Positions 1 through 8,137 of a stretch of DNA of 14,953 nt are shown here, piece by piece; the stretch's first letter is position 1, and the number at the start of each line of letters is the position of its first letter. Source of the DNA: Octopus sinensis. Taxonomy: Eukaryota. The notes beneath the pieces are model-generated. The model did not search any database and had not been told where the DNA came from. It worked only from the letters and a program-made list of their open reading frames with translations. The stretch covers positions 1 through 14,953 of the forward strand of contig NW_021826591.1 in the NCBI RefSeq assembly GCF_006345805.1, read 5' to 3'. A program made the position numbers and the translations under genes.

Positions 1-16
1 GGTAGGGCGGGTGCGC

Positions 17-220
17 CGCGAAGAATCGGCAGCCACTTCTATCAGCCCTGTAAGGGAGAATAGATCTTAAATATCTATAACGATAACTAGTGAATTATAC
101 AGAATATGCAAAAACAAGGCGAGGCTGAAATAGTAAACAGAGTGGCGTCTTGGGGGATCAGAATAATAATAATAATTAATAAATAGAATACGGATGAATT
201 AAAGTTCAAGGATTTCTTAT
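17..220. repeat. ~204 bp direct repeat, copy 1 (period 330 bp)
   Basis: CGCGAAGAATCGGCAGCC...GGATTTCTTAT recurs at 347-552 with only a few 1-bp indels or substitutions. Confidence 0.93.
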
Positions 221-346
221 CTTGGGATCACTTCGTTAACGGACAGTCTTGGCAAAAGGAATTCGGAATCAAGAATGAGGCAGGATACTAGCTTAAGTAT
301 GCATAGGAGTCCAGACAGACAATGTAAAAAGAGGGGGAGAGAAGGG

Positions 347-550
347 CGCGAAGATCGGCAGCCAATTTCTATCAGCCCTGTAAGGGAGAATAGATCTTAA
401 ATATCTATAACGATAACTAGTGAATTATACAGAATATGCAAAAACGAGGCGAGGCTGAAATAGTAAACAGAGTGGCGTCTTGGGGGATCAGAATAATAAT
501 AATAATTAATAAATAGAAATACGGGATGAATTAAAGTTCAAGGATTTCTT

Positions 551-552
<2 letters not shown>
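347..552. repeat. ~204 bp direct repeat, copy 2, ending at a (TA)n tract
   Basis: Near-identical to 17-220; the match stops where the (TA)n tract begins. Confidence 0.93.
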
Positions 553-595
<43 letters not shown>

Positions 596-596
596 C

Positions 597-675
<79 letters not shown>

Positions 676-698
676 TATATAATATATATATATATATA
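551..698. repeat. (TA)n microsatellite
   Basis: ~150 bp of nearly pure TA. Confidence 0.98.
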
Positions 699-832
699 TG
701 ACAGGCTTCTTTCAGTTTCTGTCTACCAAATCCACTCACAAGGCATTGGACAGCCTGAGGTCATGCAATGGGACTGAACCCACAACCCTGTGGTTCGGAA
801 GCAAGCTTCTTACCACACAGCCATGCCTGCAC
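699..832 (-). mobile_element. tRNA-derived SINE, family A (internally deleted)
   Basis: Minus strand reads TGGCTGTGTGGTAAGAAGCTT (A-box-like) and GGTTCAGTCCC (B-box-like); homologous to 6581-6738. Confidence 0.82.
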
Positions 833-859
833 CTATATATAATGTACATAAAACGATCA

Positions 860-1041
860 GCATCCTCATCATTGAAGCTCCATTCTCCCTGCTGGCATGG
901 GTTGGATGGTTCAATGAGCTGGCATGTCAGAGGGCTGCACTAAGCTTTACTCTCTGCTTTGCGATGGTTTCTAAAGCTGGATGGCTTTCTTAATGCCAAT
1001 CACCACAGAGTGGACTGGACGCTTTCTACATGGCACCAGCA
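860..1041 (-). mobile_element. Interspersed repeat / SINE body, family D
   Basis: GCTGGATGGCTTTCTTAATGCCAATCAC is the reverse-complement homologue of GTGGTTGGCATTAGGAAGGGCATCCAGC at ~1722-1749. Confidence 0.65.
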
Positions 1042-1443
1042 GGGTCACCGAGTAACTTACAAGACATGGCCACCACAACGGAGAGCGGAGTTGTGTTGTT
1101 GGGGCTTTGTGCCAGATGAGGAGAGGTTTGAGTGCGAAGGGGGGGACCGAAAGAGGGGTCTTGCTGCGGAGGAGATACGTGGCCACGACAGTTGGAAGAG
1201 GCACAGAGGGGGAGAGGGAGAGAGAGAGAAGGTGTGTCAGGGTGTACCCCCAAGTCACAGGGGGTGGGGGGAGTTGAATATAAAGTGGTAGAGAGGTGTG
1301 AAGAGGGTGAGAGAAAATGCAGGGTGACAGGGGTTAGGAAGACAAGTTGTGGGGGAGGGTTCTATCAGGGCAGATTGTATGCAGGGGCCCAGTAGATGTA
1401 AACAACATGGCTTCAGGGTCTCAATTTTACTTAGATGAACAAG

Positions 1444-1485
1444 TGTGTGCGTGTGTATATACACATGTGGACACATATATATCAT

Positions 1486-1519
<34 letters not shown>

Positions 1520-1580
1520 TACATAATGTATATGTATTTGTGTATATATACATATATACACACATGCACATACATGTATG
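1444..1580. repeat. Compound (TG)/(TA)/(CA) microsatellite
   Basis: Alternating purine-pyrimidine low-complexity sequence. Confidence 0.9.
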
Positions 1581-1644
1581 GATGCAATGACAAAAGATTG
1601 AGACCTTTGTTTGAGAAGAAGACCCATGAAGCCAAGGAAAATTG

Positions 1645-1755
1645 TAGCCGTGGCAGATGCTGGTGTCACACAAATGGCACCCGTGCCAGTGGTATGTAAA
1701 AAAATCCATTACACTCTCAAAGTGGTTGGCATTAGGAAGGGCATCCAGCCATGGC
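1645..1755 (+). mobile_element. Family D SINE fragment
   Basis: TGGCACCCGTGCCAGTGG is the exact reverse complement of ~7308-7325; also homologous to 860-1041. Confidence 0.65.
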
Positions 1756-2389
1756 AATCATGCCATAACGAACGTTACATAATGGACAATGGACATTACA
1801 TTAATGATGATGGTAATGATACACACACACACCACACACACACACACACACTCCCATGGATATACACAAGTACATGGACACATACTTATACATGTATATA
1901 TATATATAGGAGTAAATCTAAGGATAAGCCAAATGCTTGCCCCTACATTTACTCCTCCACCTGTGCTCAGTTGAAACCCCTTGAGCATTACAAAGTATAT
2001 TCTACACGAAGAATATCTGATTCTCATCATACATATGTATGTGTGTGTGTATGGAGTTCTTGGTGCAGAATAATATATTTGAGAAAATGAGTAGAGATGG
2101 CTTTGTGGGGGAATAATTTTTATTTTAATGGTAATGTTTACAGTTACTCCAAAGAGTTTCCAGCTTTTCAATAGCCATTTTCAAACTGAAATTCTGGGGT
2201 TTAGAAGGTTGTTTATATAGCAAAAGATTTTTTTTTCTTATAAGAATATGAATAGAAAATAAAAAAATATATAAAAACTGATATAAAAAATGATATAAAA
2301 ACAATAATAAAAGAAAACAAAAAGTACAACAAAAGTGAAAAAGAAAGACGAAAAGAAAGAAAAAGGTGGAAAGGAAAAGAGTAAGAGGC

Positions 2390-2845
2390 TGTATATGTAT
2401 GTGTGTGTGTATATATATATAATATATATATATATGCATATAATTGCTTATATATATCTGTGCATATGTGTGTATGTATATATATATATACACATACACA
2501 CATGTGTATGTGTGTATGCATATATGTATATCTATGCGTGTGTGAGAGCAAATGTATGCGTGTGGATGCCTATATACACGCGCATGTAGAGCTGTGTATG
2601 TGTGTGTGTGTGTGTGTAGGTGAGTGTGTGTGAGTATATGTATGAATATATATATATATATATTACATGTATATATATGCATATATATGTATGAATAGAT
2701 ATATATGCATATATATATACACATGTATATATATGCAGGAATATATATGTATGCATATATATATATATACATATATATATGTATATATATATACACACAC
2801 ACACACATATATATATGTATACAAACACACACACACACATATATA
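2390..2845. repeat. Long compound TA/TG/CA microsatellite
   Basis: ~450 bp alternating purine-pyrimidine tract; source of many spurious YI/CV/HT ORFs. Confidence 0.95.
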
Positions 2846-2849
2846 CGAA

Positions 2850-2969
2850 CAAAAACCCTCCCCCACCTCCCCGTCCAATGGACGGTGCTGAGTTGTCAAA
2901 CATTTAAACCAAATTGTCTCAAAACAACTTGTCCGACAGTCCCATAGGCCACCCCTTTGAGAAGCACTG
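2850..2969. mobile_element. Possible single end of a hAT-like MITE
   Basis: TTTGAGAAGCACTG (2956-2969) is the reverse complement of CAGTGCTTCTCAAA, a hAT/Charlie-type terminus; internal palindrome CCGTCCA-A-TGGACGG at 2871-2885; no partner TIR seen. Confidence 0.4.
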
Positions 2970-3384
2970 ATTTAACCTAAATTTGAGACACCAGCAAAAG
3001 AAGAAATAAAGATAGACTTTTTTTATATTCCAAAGAAAAACGATTTTATTCACCCAAATATGCAACCGAAGAGTTTAAAGTACCAGAAATGATAAGTCTG
3101 TAGACTGGGAGAACACAAACATTGAAAATCATTTATTAACAAGAAAATAATATTTTCTTCCTTGAATAAAAAGCAATCTGTGTTTTCTTTTCATTAAAAA
3201 ATAATTAAGCATGCCTTTATTTCAATAAAATTTTTGGTTTTGTTAAACGAAATTAAGGCAAAGAAAAAAAAGAAAAGACTTCTTCAGAAACAAAATAGTT
3301 TTTCCTTCCTTCATGCCAAGTTTGGAGAAAATATCTCTTTTGCATCTTACTTTTTTGGTCTCTTAAATATTCTGCATTTTGTGG

Positions 3385-3669
3385 CATTATTTCAAGCCAG
3401 CCGGCTTTTTTGCGCAAACTGCACATGCAATTTTCTCGCGTATGCGTAGTATCGATCGCAACAGCTAATGTACTTGCACGTACAAATGCACGTTCCCACG
3501 GATTTATCGATAGCATTCTCACCTGGAATCGATTTTTGCAATTTTTTAAAGACTTATACATGCCCTGATACCATTGGTATCTACATATCAAATTTGAGTG
3601 TAATCGGATGGAGGATGCCTGAGATCCTAGAAGACACACAGACAGACAGAACGGGTTTTATAAAAGAGA
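3385..3669 (-). mobile_element. Non-autonomous Helitron-like remnant (5' portion)
   Basis: Minus strand starts A|TCTCTTTTATAAAA followed by a (CTGT)n tract; CpG-rich palindromic interior. Architecture resembles Lep1-type Helitrons; no 3' CTAG or hairpin located. Confidence 0.45.
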
Positions 3670-4207
3670 TGTATATATATATATATTTAATAACGAACCA
3701 TGTAATTCACACTCTGGAAAATTTATTTCTGTAAAATGTTGGGAGTGGGTACAATTTCCTAGGCTTCTGCCTCACCCCACCCCGTTTTGCAGACCCAAAA
3801 AGGGTTTTGTAGCATAATAGGTCACAGGAATTCATCCAACAAAAACCAAAAATAATAATTTCCAATGATTTGGGAATGGGGTGGGAGTGGGTCCCCATCG
3901 TGGCACCCTTTTCTTCTGAACCATAATAAGTGATTTCCAGCATATATGGAGGTCAGGGTACTTCATTCCATGCAAAAAATCTGAGTTTTTTTCTTTCTTG
4001 GTGAAAATCGTGCGGGTGTTAATCTGAAAGTTTACCGAGGTACAACACCCCCCTCCCCGCCACTGCTAACAAGATATTGTATATAAAGGGTGCAGTGTAG
4101 CAGCGATAACCCGCTGGTGGAGAATCTGCCTGGGGTTAAACTAGTAGTAACCTTCAGCAGCCACTTTGATGTGCTGACTCACTTTACTTCCTGAGATTTT
4201 ACAAACT

Positions 4208-4234
4208 ACACACACACACACACACACACTATAA

Positions 4235-4285
<51 letters not shown>

Positions 4286-4352
4286 CTGTCTGTCTGTCTC
4301 TCTCTCTCTCTATCTATCTGGCTGTCTGTCTCTCGCTCTCCCTCTCTCTCTA
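4208..4352. repeat. (CA)n, (CT)n, (CTAT)n, (CTGT)n microsatellites
   Basis: Direct inspection. Confidence 0.93.
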
Positions 4353-4477
4353 TTTATTATGTAATGAAAGAAAGGACATGACCATCATGAAATACAACAA
4401 TGTCTCTTTCAACACGCAACTTCACATGAAGAATCCGGCAAAACAAATGCATAAAAGTATGCCTGTGTCTGTGTGTA

Positions 4478-4605
4478 TCTTTTATCTTTAACGTGTTTCA
4501 GACATTAGACTGTGGCCATGCTGGAGCAACACCTTGAAGAATTTCTAGTCGAAGAATTGAACCCAGTACATCTTTGTGTTAAGCCTTGTATTTATTCCAT
4601 CGATC
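4478..4605 (-). mobile_element. Interspersed repeat family C, reverse copy
   Basis: GACTGTGGCCATGCTGGAGCA is the reverse-complement homologue of TGCTCCAGCATGGCCGCAGTC at ~7881-7901. Confidence 0.7.
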
Positions 4606-4636
4606 CCTCCATATAGCTCCTTCTTTTTCACTCGCT

Positions 4637-4672
<36 letters not shown>

Positions 4673-4688
4673 AACAAACTGAGTCACA

Positions 4689-4784
4689 ATGCAAATATTT
4701 CCTTCAGGCATTACACACTATAATGTGTGATTTAAAGGGATTTGACTGCTATTTCCGCAAGAGAAAATATCGATACAACTATAT
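4689..4784 (+). repeat. ~95 bp repeat carrying the GCTGCTATTTCTAG-type motif, copy 1
   Basis: TTACACACTATAATGTGTGATTT...GATTTGACTGCTATTTC...ATACAACTATATT is homologous to 4987-5082. Confidence 0.75.
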
Positions 4785-4986
4785 TCACAGATATACAAGA
4801 AGTGACTCCCAGACCTCAAAAAGAATTATAGTTCCTCATCCACGCCAGAAATTTTAAGGGGACGGGTTAAATCGACATTTACTGAAAGGGGTCTAGTCAC
4901 CAGATAGGGGTCCTGCATGGCCTCATTAGACACACATAAGCGAGTACGCTGTAATTAATTGGTAATTCCAACGAGCCTACTTTCAT

Positions 4987-5082
4987 TGCAGATAATCCCC
5001 TCAGATATTACACAGTATGATGTGTGATTTCAGGAGATTTGACTGCTTTTTCTAGAAGGAGATGTATTAATACAACTATATT
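4987..5082 (+). repeat. ~95 bp repeat carrying the GCTGCTATTTCTAG-type motif, copy 2
   Basis: TTACACAGTATGATGTGTGATTT...GATTTGACTGCTTTTTCTAG...ATACAACTATATT. Confidence 0.75.
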
Positions 5083-5143
5083 GATATATATTATTGTTGC
5101 TATGGTGTGTGTGTTTTTGTATGTGTGTGTGTGTGTGTATAAG

Positions 5144-5350
5144 TGGGGAAATTGGTAGAATCGTTACCATGCTGGAGGAAATGCTTAATCGCATTTTGTA
5201 TAGCTTCATGTTGTGAGTTCAAGTTCTGCCTCGGTCGATTTATCCATTTCATCGTTCCAGGGTCAATAAATTAAGTACCAGTCAAATACTAAGGATAAAG
5301 TAATTGATTAGCTGCCCACAGTAATTGCAGGCCTTGTGCTAATAGTAAAA
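5144..5350 (+). mobile_element. tRNA-like SINE, family B
   Basis: TGGTAGAATCG (A-box-like) and GAGTTCAAGTTC (B-box-like); shares CAGGGTCAATAAAT..AGTACCAGT with 6890-7100. Confidence 0.75.
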
Positions 5351-5358
5351 AGTGAATT

Positions 5359-5389
<31 letters not shown>

Positions 5390-5644
5390 GATAGATCTGT
5401 TATAGTATGTGTGTGTGTGTGTGTATAAGCCGATGAGGTGATAGAATCGTTCACACGCAGGGTCGTTGGAGTCAATTAGTTGCCTCTACTAGAATTCCAG
5501 GCCTTGTTTTCTTTAGACAAAGAATGATCACATATGTGTATGGTAGAAAGCGGAAGTCTCCATGGGTGCCCTGGGACTGAATGTCGATGTGGGTGAAGAT
5601 TACAAGGAAAATTTCTGCTCCCAAATTCTGAGAAGAAAAGAGAA

Positions 5645-6505
5645 TAACAGACAAATGGATAGATGGATGGCTGTGAGATTTGGCTGTTATTTCTTGCAGC
5701 AGGTCTACTGTACATTAAGCATTGATACGTTATATATTTAGATCTTGTTTTTTTCCGCATCCTTCTCTCGTTTTCTGTGTCCGTCTTTGCATATATTTTT
5801 GCTAAACTCTTGCTGTTGTTTCTAGCATATGAAATGTCGCAGTTTCATGGACCTGTTGTATTGGATTTGTGTCGTGTGACAAATAGGTGTACAATTTATA
5901 AACTGCAATTAATTTCAGAAGAACAGTAAATTGGAGGGGCATTTAGCTGCTATTTCAAACAACTCTAGCTATCATGTACACTTCAGCTTTCATCAGCTAA
6001 TATATAAATATGTATGGAGTTAGAAGAGACGGTATGATGTTGTTTCAACGTAGATTTGGCTGCTATATCTAGCAGCTCTGGCATTCGTTTGCATTTTACA
6101 CACGATTAATTTAATTTTCTCATTAAATTAAACTTTAATTTGCATTTAAGTATAACAGTGAAATTATTACAACAACCAAAACTAGTTACAAACACACAAT
6201 TACATATGCTAGAAACAGCAGCTATATAGAAGTATTTCATGTTTCTTTTTACACAGTTTCCTTTCCAAAAACGTGTGTCTACGTAAAGTTTGTGCTTCAG
6301 TAGAAGAGACTGAGTGAATATGTATAGGGGATATGGGTCGGTTTTCTGAAATAAAATCTGAGACTGGTGCCCCTAAATCAGCATAAGCAACAAGAGTATG
6401 GATGTATTCGGCAGAGGAAGGAATGGAACCCATATTTAGGAGAATATCTTTGCATCGTTTAGGAGTGTGTGAGGGAAGACGACTGGGAACAAACGAATGG
6501 ATTGA
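5645..6505. repeat. ~0.86 kb duplicated module, copy 1
   Basis: Colinear but diverged homology to copies 2-4; shared anchors TGACAAATAGGTGTA, ATTGGAGGG, GAGACTGGTGCCCC, TCGGCAGAGGAAGGAATGGAACC. Confidence 0.92.
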
Positions 6506-6580
6506 TATCTATGTATATACATTTGTACTTATATATTATATATCTCCCTCCATCTAACTATACAACATGCATTCACATAC

Positions 6581-6738
6581 AGGTGTGGCTGTGTGGTAAG
6601 AAGCTTGTTTCCCAACCACACACTCAGGGTTCAGTCCCACTGTATGACAACTTGGACAAGTGTCTTCTACTACAGCATCTGGCCAACCAAAGCCTTGTGG
6701 GTAGAATTTGGCTGGCGGAAAATAAAAGAAGCCCATCG
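6581..6738 (+). mobile_element. tRNA-derived SINE, family A
   Basis: A-box-like TGGCTGTGTGG at 6586-6596 and B-box-like GGTTCAGTCCC at 6628-6638; ends AAAGAAGCCCATC before a TA tract; five homologues in the window. Confidence 0.85.
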
Positions 6739-6760
6739 TATATTTATACCCATACATACA

Positions 6761-6889
<129 letters not shown>

Positions 6890-7100
6890 AGGTGAGCTGG
6901 CAGAATTGATAGTGCACCGGACAAAGTACGTAGCGGTTTTTCACCTGTCACTATATTCTGAGTTCAAATTTCGTCAGGGTCAACTTTGCCTTTCAACCTT
7001 TCAGGGTCAATAAATGAAGTACCAGTGAAACATTGGAGTCGATCTTATCAACTCGACACCCCCCCCCGCCAAACTTTCAGGCCTCGTGCCTATAGTACAA
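6890..7100 (+). mobile_element. tRNA-like SINE, family B
   Basis: TGGCAGAATTG and GAGTTCAAATT boxes; homologous to 5144-5350. Confidence 0.78.
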
Positions 7101-7129
7101 CAGATATATATATATGTGTGAGTGTATAT

Positions 7130-7160
<31 letters not shown>

Positions 7161-7171
7161 ATATATATTTT

Positions 7172-7352
7172 TTGTGTCACCAGCACAAGTGCCAATGAGG
7201 CAATGCTGGTAACGATCACGCTCAAATGGTGCTTTTCATGTGCCACCAGCATGGGAGCCAGACAGCTGCTCTGGCAATGATCACACTCGGATGGTGCTGT
7301 TAGCGCTCCACTGGCACGGGTGCCAGTCATCGAATTTGGTTCAATTTCGATT
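7172..7352 (-). mobile_element. Family D SINE fragment with internal subrepeats (duplicate at ~9671-9848)
   Basis: Subrepeats GATCACGCTCAAATGGTGCT and GATCACACTCGGATGGTGCT; reverse-complement match to ~1674-1692. Confidence 0.65.
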
Positions 7353-7391
7353 ATATATATATATGTGTGTGTGTATATGTTTGTGTTTATG

Positions 7392-7581
7392 TTTGTCCCC
7401 CAGCTTTGCTTGACAACCGATTTTGGTGGGTTTGCGTCCCTGTATCTTAGCGATTTGGCAAAAGAGACTGATAGAATAAGTATTGGGCAAAACAAAGAAT
7501 AAGAACTGGGGTCCGTTTATATTTGACTACAGGCGGTGCTCCAGCATGGCTGCAGTCAATTGACTGAAACAAATAAAGGAA
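7392..7581 (+). mobile_element. Interspersed repeat family C (duplicate at ~9891-10080)
   Basis: TTGACAACCGA...TTGGCAAAAGAGACTGATAGAATAAGT...TGCTCCAGCATGG...ACTGAAACAA; eight homologues in the window. Confidence 0.85.
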
Positions 7582-7585
7582 TACA

Positions 7586-7622
<37 letters not shown>

Positions 7623-7700
7623 CTAGCAGTATCGCCCGGCGTTGCTCGGGTTTGTAAGGGAAATAACTATAAAGCATTTTTAGATAGATAGATAGATAGA
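7623..7700 (-). mobile_element. Mini Helitron-like element / Helitron 3' terminus
   Basis: Minus strand ends ...CCCGAGCAACGCCGGG-CGATACTG-CTAG|T, i.e. a GC-rich hairpin close to a terminal CTAG followed by T; 5' TC options lie in the (TCTA)n tract. Confidence 0.62.
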
Positions 7701-7730
7701 TATATATATTCATGTGTGTATATCTGAACC

Positions 7731-7935
7731 CCACCCCACATAACCATCACTTGACAACCTATGTTGGTCTGTTTACAACCCTTTAAGTTAGTTTGGCAAA
7801 AGAGACTGATAGAATAAGTCCTAGGCTTACGAAGAATAAATCCTGGGGTCGATTTGTTTGACTAAAACCCTTTAAGGCAGTGCTCCAGCATGGCCGCAGT
7901 CAAATAACTGAAACAAGTAAAAGAAACAAAGAATG
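7731..7935 (+). mobile_element. Interspersed repeat family C (duplicate at ~10222-10426)
   Basis: Same conserved blocks as 7392-7581. Confidence 0.85.
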
Positions 7936-7950
7936 TAATATATTTAGATG

Positions 7951-8134
7951 CAGGGTTTCCCACCCAGGGGTGCACACACCGCTTGGGGGTGCGAGCAGGG
8001 CTGGATTTATATGGGGTCAAAGTCGGCAATTGCTCCGGGCACCTTTATTCTTATATAAACTATTACTTTAAGGGGTGTGAGAACATATTAAAGGTTTTTA
8101 AGGGTGCAGGCATAAAAAAGGTTGGGAACCCCTT
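7951..8134. mobile_element. hAT/Charlie-like MITE (duplicate at ~10442-10625)
   Basis: Imperfect TIRs CAGGGTTTCCCACC ... GGTTGGGAACCCCT, 184 bp, non-coding; no clean 8-bp TSD. Confidence 0.68.
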
Positions 8135-8137
8135 CGA

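Noticed and set aside
959-1395. G/R/E-rich ORFs of 87-110 aa
   Set aside because: They arise from purine-rich low complexity, partly overlap a SINE, and have no recognisable domain.
2148-2390. Minus-strand pyrimidine tract followed by a possible micro-exon (MAIEKLETLW)
   Set aside because: Low-complexity A-rich tract far from the AG, weak donor, and no supporting homology.
2125-2947. 237-aa and overlapping ORFs, and similar YI/CV/HT-rich ORFs elsewhere
   Set aside because: Translations of dinucleotide microsatellites, which lack stop codons by composition.
5677-6075. CRISPR-like repeat-spacer appearance
   Set aside because: Repeats are degenerate, spacers are too long and variable (periods ~85-175 bp), the context is eukaryotic, and there are no cas genes.
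6346-6358. Minus-strand splice-acceptor-like ATTTTATTTCAG conserved in the modules
   Set aside because: No conserved downstream donor, and reading frames differ between copies. A competing plus-strand acceptor-like site near 6256 is equally unsupported.
6372-6455. Cys-rich minus frame with in-frame TGA (SCCLC*F), selenoprotein idea
   Set aside because: The TGA is not kept in copies 2/3, copy 4 has another stop and frameshifts, and no SECIS was identified.
6581-6660. tRNA gene suggested by A/B boxes
   Set aside because: No complete cloverleaf; it continues into a shared SINE body found in five copies.
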